From sequence record SRR20825006_1103: a stretch of 58,133 nucleotides of DNA. One strand, written 5' to 3'. Shown one piece after another: positions 1-9,169 of this stretch. A model generated the notes under the pieces. The model saw only the letters and a program-made list of their open reading frames with translations. It searched no databases and was not told where the DNA came from. Position 1 is the stretch's first letter. Each line of letters begins with the position of its first letter. A program made the position numbers and the translations under genes.

Positions 1-30
1 TCGTAGGTTCGAGTCCTACTCGCGGAGCCA
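1..30 (+). tRNA. 3' half of a tRNA, probably tRNA-Asn (truncated by window edge)
   Basis: T-arm GTAGG-TTCGAGT-CCTAC, then acceptor strand TCGCGGA, discriminator G and encoded CCA. The ...GGAGCCA end is typical of tRNA-Asn. The anticodon is outside the window. Confidence 0.85.
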
Positions 31-134
31 CCTTCCCTTCCCGAAAAATCCTGTACGTGACGTAGCCCATCCACGGGTCGCAGACTTCCAAGTCTTCTTC
101 TACAAATGCTACACACCCGAAAGGGAGTTCATGT

Positions 135-653
135 ATGGTGGAAAAAGATGGAACGCGGCCGATTGGCGGAACGATCGTCCTTTGGATCGTTGCAACCGGG
201 TTTTGCGTGATCGCCCCCTTCATCACCTACTCGGTTCTCAAACCTGTCGGCCTGACCATCGCAGCACAGAACTGGGAGGCGCGTCCGGCCGTCATCCTGT
301 CCAGCCATGTCCAGAATCGAAACCGGCAATATCGACTGCGAACCGAGTATAGCTATGTCTGGGACAACGAGACTCATGTCTCTCGTCGTACCTTCTTTGA
401 TCAAACCTTGGGCGTTCGGAAATCCTATTATCACCGGCTCAATCGCCAACTGAGTCGGCACATGTCTCGGAATGAGCCCCTATCCGTTTGGATTAATCCG
501 AAAAGCCCCTCCAAGGCCGTCATCTATCGCCATATTCGCTGGGACAAGCTTGGGGCGGGGATCCTGTTTCTGAGCCTTTGGGCGCTGATCACATTCATAT
601 TGGTTCGCTCTGCCTTGGCCGAACTCAATCACGGACCGTCTTCTGAAGACTGA
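135..653 (+). CDS. Membrane protein, DUF3592-like
   Basis: 172-aa ORF after GGGAG RBS. N- and C-terminal hydrophobic helices flank W...Y.Y and VWINPKSPSKAVI motifs typical of DUF3592. Confidence 0.65.
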   Translation: MVEKDGTRPIGGTIVLWIVATGFCVIAPFITYSVLKPVGLTIAAQNWEARPAVILSSHVQNRNRQYRLRTEYSYVWDNETHVSRRTFFDQTLGVRKSYYHRLNRQLSRHMSRNEPLSVWINPKSPSKAVIYRHIRWDKLGAGILFLSLWALITFILVRSALAELNHGPSSED

Positions 654-676
654 ATTCTCCGCCTGGTCAGGACCGA

Positions 677-1267
677 TCAGCCGATCAGACGTTCCCAGAG
701 CCGGATGACGAGATAGCAGCTGCCAACAAGACCCAGCGCCGCAAGAATCAGCACAAATCCATCGCGCGCGGTTAGCGCCAGCCCGAACAGGAGCACCGTC
801 AAACCTGGCAGGACCGGCCCGAAAGGAATGAGGCCGAGCGGAAACGAGACGAGCGCCGCCGCGATACAAATCAACGCCACGAGCTGCACAAAAGGCGGGT
901 CGGTCAGGAATGCGAGTCGCGGTTTCAGGAATCGGTCGACCTGGCAAACATAAGGATGCGCCTGTTCCACGCCCAGGATCAGCGCCGATCGCGGAAACTC
1001 GAAATCCAGAATGCGCCGCGGTACCCATGGATATTTCAGGCCCAGGACGATTTGACCCGCGATTATGAGAATGATCAGGGCGACGAGCCAGTTTGCGCCC
1101 GGAATGATGGTCAACGGGCTGATCGACACAAAACCCAGAAGCAGTAATAGCGGTCCGTAAGAACGTCGACCGACCGCATCAAGCATGGCCCCAACGGTGA
1201 CCTTCTCTCCCGATGTCTGCTCCCGCAGGCTGTCCAGTAGCGATCCGAGATTGTTGACTTGCGTCAT
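677..1267 (-). CDS. exoD: Exopolysaccharide synthesis ExoD family membrane protein
   Basis: GRRSYGPLLLLL, P...IPG, FLKPRL and PLGLIPFG...PG motifs. The ATG at 1267 overlaps the sdaA stop (TGATG). Confidence 0.85.
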   Translation of the reverse strand: MTQVNNLGSLLDSLREQTSGEKVTVGAMLDAVGRRSYGPLLLLLGFVSISPLTIIPGANWLVALIILIIAGQIVLGLKYPWVPRRILDFEFPRSALILGVEQAHPYVCQVDRFLKPRLAFLTDPPFVQLVALICIAAALVSFPLGLIPFGPVLPGLTVLLFGLALTARDGFVLILAALGLVGSCYLVIRLWERLIG

Positions 1268-2643
1268 CAGCACTCCACGACGTTGACGGCTAATCCGCCC
1301 TGACTGGTTTCCTTGTATTTTGTGGACATGTCGAGCCCGGTCTGCCGCATTGTTTCAATGACCTGATCCAGGGAGACATGCGAATGCCCGGTTGAATGCA
1401 AGGCGAGCCGCGCCGCATTGACGGCTTTCACCGCTCCGATGGCATTGCGTTCGATGCAGGGTATCTGGACAAGCCCGCCGACGGGATCGCAGGTCAGGCC
1501 CAGATTGTGCTCCATGCCGATCTCGGCAGCATTGGCCACCTGTTGCGGGTTTGCTCCCCAGACCGCCGCGAGCCCTCCCGCCGCCATCGAACACGCCACA
1601 CCGACTTCACCCTGGCATCCCATTTCCGCGCCCGAAATCGAGGCGCGCTGTTTGTAGAGAATGCCAATCGCGCCCGCGGTAAGCAGGAATTTACGCGTAC
1701 GGTCACGTGCATCGTCTGTATCACTGCAATAATGGCGGATCACGGAAGGGATAATACCAGCGGCGCCATTTGTTGGCGCGGTGACCACCTGGCCCCCCGA
1801 CGCGTTTTCCTCATTCACCGCCATGGCATACACATTGAGCCAGTCAAACAATTGCTCGCGCTCGTTTGAGCCATGATCATTCGCGAGCTTCGCCCAGAGC
1901 GATGCAGCGCGACGTTTGAGATTTAGCTTGCCCGGTAGGGTTCCCGTCTGTGACAGGCCCCGCTCAATGCATTTCGCCATAACGTCAGAGATACGGTCGA
2001 GCGCTTCAAACGTTTCAGACCGAGGCCGCAGGGAATCCTCGTTGGCCAGGACGAGATGTTCGATCGTGAGGTCGTTCTGCGAACACATCGTGATTAGCTC
2101 AGCGGCAGACGAATAAGGGTAAGGCACGTCGACTTGAGTCTGGATGAGATCGTCTTCAAGCGGCTTTTCAAGTTGGCGCTGGGAGGCAATGAATCCCCCG
2201 CCTGTTGAATACCACGTCTCGTCGGACAAAATTTCACCCGATGCGTCGAACGCCCTTAACCGCATGCCGTTGGGATGCAGGCTCGGGATAATTCCATATG
2301 CGAATACGATATCCTTATCCGGATCAAACGTGATCTGGTGCGTTCCGGCCAAGGAGAGATTGTGGCTGGAGTTGATCTCAGAGACGGCCGCATCTGCCGC
2401 GTCCGGATCCAAAGTCTCTGGTGCAAACCCGGCGAGCCCAAGTAGAACCGCCTTCGGCGTAGCATGCCCCTCCCCCGTCAGCGCCAAGGAGCCCTGTAGC
2501 TCCACCTCGATCCGCTGAACTTGTGAGAGATTGCCCGCCTTCGCAAGTTCGTCAGAGAAACGCGCCGCAATCCGGATGGGCCCAACTGTGTGGGAACTGG
2601 AGGGGCCAATCCCCACGCGAAATAGGTCGAGAACTGAAAGCAT
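1267..2643 (-). CDS. sdaA: L-serine ammonia-lyase (Fe-S dependent, single chain)
   Basis: [36 protein letters not shown] and PCIERN motifs. Confidence 0.96.
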   Translation of the reverse strand: MLSVLDLFRVGIGPSSSHTVGPIRIAARFSDELAKAGNLSQVQRIEVELQGSLALTGEGHATPKAVLLGLAGFAPETLDPDAADAAVSEINSSHNLSLAGTHQITFDPDKDIVFAYGIIPSLHPNGMRLRAFDASGEILSDETWYSTGGGFIASQRQLEKPLEDDLIQTQVDVPYPYSSAAELITMCSQNDLTIEHLVLANEDSLRPRSETFEALDRISDVMAKCIERGLSQTGTLPGKLNLKRRAASLWAKLANDHGSNEREQLFDWLNVYAMAVNEENASGGQVVTAPTNGAAGIIPSVIRHYCSDTDDARDRTRKFLLTAGAIGILYKQRASISGAEMGCQGEVGVACSMAAGGLAAVWGANPQQVANAAEIGMEHNLGLTCDPVGGLVQIPCIERNAIGAVKAVNAARLALHSTGHSHVSLDQVIETMRQTGLDMSTKYKETSQGGLAVNVVEC

Positions 2644-2657
2644 AGGGATCCGAATAT

Positions 2658-2673
2658 TGTTTCAAATGAAACA
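2658..2673. promoter_or_regulatory. Perfect 7-2-7 inverted repeat upstream of sdaA (candidate operator)
   Basis: TGTTTCA-AA-TGAAACA, about 15 bp upstream of the sdaA start. Confidence 0.45.
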
Positions 2674-2716
2674 TCTGAATGCCCGCTTCCCAGCGAGCTG
2701 ACAAGCCGTGCGCCAC

Positions 2717-3898
2717 TCAGCCCAGCGTGACGTCGTGCCCATACAGCCAGTCATTCCGCGAATGGATAAAGCCCTTCATCATGCGGCCGGCCATCCACAT
2801 GGGACCGTATGTGGATAATTGGGTTATTGGATTACTGCGATGGAAAAGGCTCGCATTCTCTCTCGCGCCCGCCTGAACCTTGCTGGTGCGCGGTTTGCGG
2901 CAGGCCTCATAGGCCTTGAGAGCGTCTGGCAGGTCTGCCGCGGACGAAACTTCCCTTGCAAGCACATAGGCATCTTCAATGGCCATCACGGCGCCCTGCG
3001 CAAGGAAAGGCAACATCGGATGACAGGCATCCCCCATCAATACTGCGCGCCCGTCGGACCAGCGCGGTAGCTCGTCGCGGTCAAACAGCGCCCAGCGATG
3101 CAGCACCGGCGCGTGTTCGATGATGCCGGTGACGGATGAGTGCCATCCCTTGAAATCAGCGAGCGCATCCTCTCGCGATCCTTCAGCGGTCCATGATTCC
3201 AGATGCTTCGCCTTGCGCTCCACCACGCCAACGAAATTGGCGAGACTGCCGCCTCTCAGCAGATAGGTGACCGCATGTCTGCGAGACCCGGTCCAGACTG
3301 TGGCCGTTGGAGGCGGGATTTCGGTCAGGTCCGATACAGCGGACATGGCCCGCCAAGCCGTCATGCCAGTATATCGGGGCGCTTCAGTGCCGAGCATCTG
3401 AGTCCGGACGACAGAATGAATACCATCTGCGCCGACAAGAAGCTCGCCCTCGACAGTTTCGCCGGTGTCCAATGTCGCACGAACGCTAGTCTCATCCTTC
3501 TGATAGGAAACAACTTTTTGGCCAAGACTGACTGCTTCCGGACGGCGTGCGACCAGTGCATCGTAGAGAGCCTGGATCAGGTCAGCCCGGTGGACATGGA
3601 GATAGTCAGCGCCCCAGCGATTGATCGCCGACTTGCGGAGCGGGATGTCGAACAGCCGACGACCGCTGCGGCCCATCCGCATTTCCAGAGCCTTGGGACG
3701 GAACGCATCCTTGAGAATGCGGGCGGATACTCCCAGCTGATTGAGCACCTGCATGCCATTGGGGCTGAGTTGGATACCCGCGCCGACTTCATCCAGCACG
3801 CTGGACTGTTCGAAAACGAAAACCTCGTGTCCAAAATGATCGAGCGCCAGAGCGGCGGTCAGGCCCCCAATGCCTCCGCCTGCTATCAGGACGCGCAT
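2717..3898 (-). CDS. FAD-dependent monooxygenase (salicylate hydroxylase-like, group A)
   Basis: GGGIGG Rossmann motif, GAGIQLSPN, GADGIHS and GDACHPMLPFLAQGA. Confidence 0.9.
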   Translation of the reverse strand: MRVLIAGGGIGGLTAALALDHFGHEVFVFEQSSVLDEVGAGIQLSPNGMQVLNQLGVSARILKDAFRPKALEMRMGRSGRRLFDIPLRKSAINRWGADYLHVHRADLIQALYDALVARRPEAVSLGQKVVSYQKDETSVRATLDTGETVEGELLVGADGIHSVVRTQMLGTEAPRYTGMTAWRAMSAVSDLTEIPPPTATVWTGSRRHAVTYLLRGGSLANFVGVVERKAKHLESWTAEGSREDALADFKGWHSSVTGIIEHAPVLHRWALFDRDELPRWSDGRAVLMGDACHPMLPFLAQGAVMAIEDAYVLAREVSSAADLPDALKAYEACRKPRTSKVQAGARENASLFHRSNPITQLSTYGPMWMAGRMMKGFIHSRNDWLYGHDVTLG

Positions 3899-3928
3899 TC
3901 GGACACCTCACACATCATCCGGCCGCAA

Positions 3929-4132
3929 TCATCGCGCCCGTGAAGGGTCTTGCTTGCCGCCGATCAGAACGAATCGCCGGTCACAATATTTGCACTCGAC
4001 GAAATCCTCGTCGCCCATTTCGTACCAAACGCGCGGATGTCCGAGGGCGCCGCCGCCGCCATTGCACGAGACCCTATGGCTCGTCACCATTGAGATTTCC
4101 GGCGGGTCGAACACATCGCGTTTCGTGGACAT
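3929..4132 (-). CDS. Zinc-finger protein, zf-CHCC (NDUFS6-like)
   Basis: C-x8-GHPRV...C-x2-C pattern (VSCNGGGGALGHPRVW...VECKYCDR). Start set at the ATG of MSTKRD. Confidence 0.85.
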   Translation of the reverse strand: MSTKRDVFDPPEISMVTSHRVSCNGGGGALGHPRVWYEMGDEDFVECKYCDRRFVLIGGKQDPSRAR

Positions 4133-4250
4133 GACTTGTAATTCCATCTGCAATTTCGTTGGCATGGTTGTTACCGGTGCCACATGGTCCTACCTAGATT
4201 GCACCGCCCATCGGCGCAAGATCGAATGGACAGAGTGAAAAGGCCCCCAC

Positions 4251-5204
4251 ATGTCGTCCAGCAAACCTGCCCCTGACTTCGCCATTGAAGTCAAAGACCT
4301 CAACAAAATCTATCGCGCATCTGGCAAGATGCCCGAAAAGCATGCGCTAAAGGGCCTGAATCTGGAGATTCCGCGTGGCTCTATCTTCGGACTGCTTGGT
4401 CCGAACGGTGCGGGAAAATCGACCTTTATCAACATTCTGGCTGGCCTTGTGAACAAGACGTCGGGTTCGGCGAGCATTTGGGGGCTGGATATCGACAAAT
4501 ATCCACGCCAGAGTCGGGCAGCCATCGGAGTGGTCAATCAGGAAATCGTTGCCGATCCCTTCTTCACGCCTTTGGAAATGCTTGAATTGATGGCTGGTTT
4601 TTACGGCGTGCCGAAATCGGAGCGCCGCAGCCTTGAAATCCTCACAGCCGTCGGGCTCGATGACAAGAAGGATGCCTATGTGCGCCAATTGTCGGGCGGC
4701 ATGAAACGTCGCCTGATGGTGGCCAAGGCCCTCGTCCACAATCCCCCCGTCCTGATTCTCGACGAGCCAACAGCGGGTGTCGATGTGGAACTGCGCAGGT
4801 CTCTGTGGACCTATGTGCGGGAACTTCACGACAAAGGCACGACAATCATCCTGACGACTCATTATCTGGAAGAGGCCGAGGAGCTGTGTGATTCAATCGC
4901 CATCGTGAACCATGGTGAAATTGTTGCTTGCGAGCCGACCCCACAACTACTTTCCCGCCTCGACTACAAGACGCTGGTGATTACGCCGAAGGAACCGCTT
5001 GCGACCGTACCCGCTGCCCTGTCGGATATGGATGCAGTGTTGCGCCCCGATGGCGATCTCGCCATTACGTTCCGGTCAAGCGAAACCGGTATCGGCAGGT
5101 TGCTGGAGACTGTACGCTCAAACGGAATCGGAATTGGCGACCTGGTTACAGAAGCACCTGACCTTGAAGACGTCTTCATCGCCCTGACCACGCAAGCTGC
5201 ATAA
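4251..5204 (+). CDS. ABC-2 type transporter ATP-binding protein
   Basis: Walker A GPNGAGKST, signature LSGGMKRR, Walker B LILDEPT, H-loop TTHY. Confidence 0.93.
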   Translation: MSSSKPAPDFAIEVKDLNKIYRASGKMPEKHALKGLNLEIPRGSIFGLLGPNGAGKSTFINILAGLVNKTSGSASIWGLDIDKYPRQSRAAIGVVNQEIVADPFFTPLEMLELMAGFYGVPKSERRSLEILTAVGLDDKKDAYVRQLSGGMKRRLMVAKALVHNPPVLILDEPTAGVDVELRRSLWTYVRELHDKGTTIILTTHYLEEAEELCDSIAIVNHGEIVACEPTPQLLSRLDYKTLVITPKEPLATVPAALSDMDAVLRPDGDLAITFRSSETGIGRLLETVRSNGIGIGDLVTEAPDLEDVFIALTTQAA

Positions 5205-5237
5205 AAAAAACGCCGACATCGCTGCCGGCGTTTCTTC
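5203..5237. terminator. Bidirectional intrinsic terminator
   Basis: A-tract, AAACGCCG...CGGCGTTT stem and T-rich tail between the convergent ABC ATPase and trxA genes. Confidence 0.75.
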
Positions 5238-5259
5238 AATATCTACTTAGCAAGACGTT

Positions 5260-5580
5260 TTAGACGCTTTGCTTGATCCAGTCAGAGATGGCCTGTTTGC
5301 TCATCGCGCCCAAGTGCGTCGCGGCAACTTTGCCATCCTTGAAGATCATGAGAGTCGGCATACCCCGGACTCCATACTTCGAAGGCGCGATTGGGTTCTC
5401 GTCCACGTCGATCTTGGCGACCTTGATCTGGCCTGCCAGCTCTTCGGACACCGCATCAATGTGCGGCGACATCTGCTTACATGGGCCGCACCACTCAGCC
5501 CAGAAGTCCACAACCACCGGCAAATCGGAATCGCCGATCAGGCCGTCAAATTCATCGTCGGTAACATTCACCGCAGCCAT
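5260..5580 (-). CDS. trxA: Thioredoxin
   Basis: DFWAEWCGPC active site, 106 aa, in its canonical position after addA. Confidence 0.96.
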   Translation of the reverse strand: MAAVNVTDDEFDGLIGDSDLPVVVDFWAEWCGPCKQMSPHIDAVSEELAGQIKVAKIDVDENPIAPSKYGVRGMPTLMIFKDGKVAATHLGAMSKQAISDWIKQSV

Positions 5581-5641
5581 AGCGTGGCTCCTTCATGCTT
5601 TCTGTTTCACTTGGAACATACATAGGAACTCTATTGGGAAG

Positions 5642-8600
5642 TCAAACCGGGCTCTGCGCACCCTTTAGAGCTTCTAATAGCATCTCCTCAGGCAAGAACA
5701 TCAGGCGTGGACCGTCAGTCCAGCAAAGCGCCGTGCGCACCGTCCGTCCGGGATAGGCCCGCCTCAGAACAGCCCAATAAGCCGCCATCTGGGCACGATA
5801 CGTTTCTGCTACACCGTCCGGACTGTCAGGCGCAGGCTGATCGGTCTTGAAATCGACAATCAGCACTTCGTCATCCGTCACCACCAGCCGGTCGACCCGG
5901 CCATTGATGATCAGCCCGTCCGGCAGCTCAGGCGCCGAACCGACAATCGCAGCCTCCGCGCGCCCGCCGGGCCGGAACAGACGCTGCATGTCTGGCGCTT
6001 CCAGAATGCCAAAGACCGCAACGTTCATTTCGTGGCGATCAGAATCTGTGAGGTCGGAAAGGCGGGACAGGTACCTATCCGCGGCCGCCTGGCGCGCGGC
6101 AGGGTCCAGCGCCGGCAAGTATTCCAGCAAGGAATGAATGATTCTACCGCGGCGCAGGCGCGCCTGCCGCGTCTGGCTGAAAGGCGCAAGGACCGGTGTC
6201 TTGCGGCCAAGCAGGCTGGACGGCGCGCCGAACCTGCGCTGGCGTTCGGCCTGACGGGGTGGCGTAAACACCCAGTCTGGCAGCGCTGAATGCGCTTTGG
6301 ATTCTTCGAATACATCCCGGTCTTTCGGAGGCACCCGTCCAAACCTGCGGATGCCATCCTCATCAGCCTCTTCAGCAAACCGGCTCATGGCCGCGCCACA
6401 CAATGCGTACCAGCTCCGGTCATGATACCCGGGCGGGCGCGCACCATGCCAATGACCGGCAATGATCAACCGGTCCTGCGCGCGGGTCAGCGCAACATAG
6501 AGAAGCCGGCGAAACTCTTCTTCGGATTTTGCGTTCGCAACAGCACGTTCATGCTCTGCAGCGGGGATGTCGCTGTCCTTGCGGGGAGACCAGATCGGCA
6601 CGTCGCTGACGGTGAACATGGACGATGAAACAGACTTCGGCCCAGCGGTCGTATCGGGCAGCACGACGACCGGAGCCTGAAGCCCCTTGGCACCATGCAC
6701 CGTCATCACCCTGATCTTTCCTTCAGGCGCGGCGAGATCTCGCTTGATCTCGACAAGCTTCGACTCCATCTCTGCAACGAAGGCCTGCAGTGAAGACGGC
6801 TCCGTCGCATCAAAGCCTTGAGCGCGGGAAAGCAGTGCCTCGACAGGATCATGAGCCGGCGCACCAAGCCGTGCATTGATCTTGTCCCAACCCGTCAAAT
6901 CGTCCGCCCCCGGCACACCCAGCACCCGCGAGAGAAATTCGTATGGCGGCTCATGGCGACGCTCCAGCAGGCCTGACAAAAATCTTTCGGCAGCCTGCAC
7001 ATCGGGATCGTCACTCGCCCGAACGCGCGACCAGAGCGTCTCGCCCTTTCTGCGCTTGCTCGCAAGCCGGAACAGATACCGATCATCGTCCACCAGTCCG
7101 ACGAAAGGCCCGCGCAGGATTTCCGCCAGTGTCAGATCACGCTCTGGCAGGAGCGCAAACCGCATCAAGTTCAGACAATCCTGTACTGCAATATGGTCGG
7201 TGAGCCTCAACCGGTCGGCCCCAGCAACCGGGAGACCTTCGGACTTGAGCGCTGAAATCATTGCATCGAAGAGGCCACCCGTCCGGCTACGCACCAAGAT
7301 CAGAATATCCTCAGGCTTCATGGCCCGGCGCTGCCAGTCCCGTGTCGGCAATTCCTCCCATACGGTCTCGCCCCGATCCACCATGGCTTTCAACTGTTTT
7401 GCAAGCCGGCTTGCAAGCTGCGCCTTTGGAGAACTTGAACGCAGCGCATTTACGGGTCGTGACCACGCATCAGCGTCTTCGTCCTCGTCACGCTCATCCA
7501 CCGGCCAGAGCTCTACCAAGCCGGGCTGGTTCGCGCGATGAGCCGTATGTGTCACCTCATCCGCCGTCAGCGGAGGTTGTGCGCCAGATGCAATGTCGAC
7601 CGGCGGGGCCGAGTTCCAGACCGCGTCGACGAAGTCGAGAATTTCCGGCGATGACCGGAACGACATTTCCATGGTTTGGGACAGGGCCGCCGGATCCTTC
7701 TGGATATAGGCCTGCTCCTGCGCACGAAGCTGGGCAGGCTCTGCGCCCTGGAAGGAATAGATAGACTGTTTCTCATCCCCCACCACGAACAAGGTACGCG
7801 GGTCCTGTTGGCGTTCGGCGCCGATGCCCGCGGTGAATTCTTCCGTCAACGCATTGATCAGCTGCCATTGTTCTGGGCTGGTATCCTGTGCTTCATCGAG
7901 CAGTATGTGACCGATTCCTCCGTCCAGTTTGTAAAGTACCCAGTCGGACATGCCGGTCCGGGTGAGCAAGTCACGTGTCTTGCGGATAAGGTCGTCGAAA
8001 TCGAGCGCGCCGCGACGACGCTTCTCTTCCTGGTATGCGACCAGCGCATCCAGCCCGACTTCCAACAGAGCGGAGGTGCGCTCTACGGTCTCGGCCAGCT
8101 TCAACTTCGCCGCGAGCGCCTCAACGCGCGCCACTTCTGACCCAGTTTCATCCTTGGTCGCGAACAGCGCGACCACATTGGCATCCTTACCCGCCTCTGC
8201 ATTGTAAAGGGATTTGTATGCGTTGCCCTGAGCGCCGAAGAAGGCACCCTTGTAACAGCCCCACCGGCGGCCCGGGTCTTCTTCGTAAAGCGCCGCCTCT
8301 ACGGCATTGGCCGTACGGGTATCATCACGCTTACCAGAGGCGCGAAGACTGATGAGGGCCTCTCGCAGTGCACCAACTGGCATCTGCGAGCCCATTTCCA
8401 GCTCGAGAATTTCTGCAGGGCTCGCCTGAGGTGCGTTCAGCCCCTCAATGAGAGCAGCACGCATCGCAGCCTGATTGAATGCATGCGTTTCAGCGAAATC
8501 AAGATAGACGCTCATCTGGAACCGCATGGCATTCAACGCAACGTCCGCACCATCATGCCCCCCCTCCAGCGCCAATACGTTCAAAGCTTCAGGAGCCACC

Positions 8601-9169
8601 TCACTTGCGTTCAGCACCGCTTGCGCACGAACGGATTGCCAAATTGCCTGAGCCTCATCTTCTTCAATCTCTGCGAAGCCGGGTAGCACGCCGGCCTCCA
8701 ACGGGAAGCGTCGCAGGATGCGCGCACAGAACGCATGAATCGTTTCGATCCGAAGGCCGCCCGGTGTTTCAAGCGCGCGAGCGAAGAGTGCGCGGGCCGC
8801 TCTCAGGTCATCTGTCTTGTAGGCATCTTTCGGTCGCCCCTCCAGGCGGGACAATTCCTCGCGCAACTTGTCGTCGCGCATGATCGACCATTTGCCGAGC
8901 GTTCGAAACAGACGCGACAACATCTCGTTTGCGGCGGCCTTTGTGTAAGTTATGCAAAGGATCGAATCCGGAGCAGCGCCCACGCGCCCATCTTCGCGGC
9001 GCAGCAACAGGCGAGCGACGCGATCAATCAGGACTTTTGTCTTGCCGCTGCCCGCATTGGCCATAACGAAAACCGGACGTGCCGGATCGGCCGAAACGAG
9101 CTGGGCAGTGTTCGCACGACGGTAGTCTTCCGTATCCGGCGGAGTAATGGGCATCTTCACGTCAGGCAT
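5642..9169 (-). CDS. addA: Double-strand break repair helicase/nuclease AddA
   Basis: ANAGSGKT, DEAQDT, VGDEKQSIYSFQGA, MTVHGAKGL and LYVALTRA helicase motifs, plus C-terminal RecB-type nuclease GRVDRL...DFKT. Start taken at MPDVK, overlapping the addB stop. Confidence 0.95.
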   Translation of the reverse strand: MPDVKMPITPPDTEDYRRANTAQLVSADPARPVFVMANAGSGKTKVLIDRVARLLLRREDGRVGAAPDSILCITYTKAAANEMLSRLFRTLGKWSIMRDDKLREELSRLEGRPKDAYKTDDLRAARALFARALETPGGLRIETIHAFCARILRRFPLEAGVLPGFAEIEEDEAQAIWQSVRAQAVLNASEVAPEALNVLALEGGHDGADVALNAMRFQMSVYLDFAETHAFNQAAMRAALIEGLNAPQASPAEILELEMGSQMPVGALREALISLRASGKRDDTRTANAVEAALYEEDPGRRWGCYKGAFFGAQGNAYKSLYNAEAGKDANVVALFATKDETGSEVARVEALAAKLKLAETVERTSALLEVGLDALVAYQEEKRRRGALDFDDLIRKTRDLLTRTGMSDWVLYKLDGGIGHILLDEAQDTSPEQWQLINALTEEFTAGIGAERQQDPRTLFVVGDEKQSIYSFQGAEPAQLRAQEQAYIQKDPAALSQTMEMSFRSSPEILDFVDAVWNSAPPVDIASGAQPPLTADEVTHTAHRANQPGLVELWPVDERDEDEDADAWSRPVNALRSSSPKAQLASRLAKQLKAMVDRGETVWEELPTRDWQRRAMKPEDILILVRSRTGGLFDAMISALKSEGLPVAGADRLRLTDHIAVQDCLNLMRFALLPERDLTLAEILRGPFVGLVDDDRYLFRLASKRRKGETLWSRVRASDDPDVQAAERFLSGLLERRHEPPYEFLSRVLGVPGADDLTGWDKINARLGAPAHDPVEALLSRAQGFDATEPSSLQAFVAEMESKLVEIKRDLAAPEGKIRVMTVHGAKGLQAPVVVLPDTTAGPKSVSSSMFTVSDVPIWSPRKDSDIPAAEHERAVANAKSEEEFRRLLYVALTRAQDRLIIAGHWHGARPPGYHDRSWYALCGAAMSRFAEEADEDGIRRFGRVPPKDRDVFEESKAHSALPDWVFTPPRQAERQRRFGAPSSLLGRKTPVLAPFSQTRQARLRRGRIIHSLLEYLPALDPAARQAAADRYLSRLSDLTDSDRHEMNVAVFGILEAPDMQRLFRPGGRAEAAIVGSAPELPDGLIINGRVDRLVVTDDEVLIVDFKTDQPAPDSPDGVAETYRAQMAAYWAVLRRAYPGRTVRTALCWTDGPRLMFLPEEMLLEALKGAQSPV

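Noticed and set aside
7009-7018. CGTCACTCGC, a 10-bp match to the tRNA-Asp att core
   Set aside because: It lies inside addA, in the opposite orientation to the att at 55087, and lacks the GCCA end. Consistent with chance.
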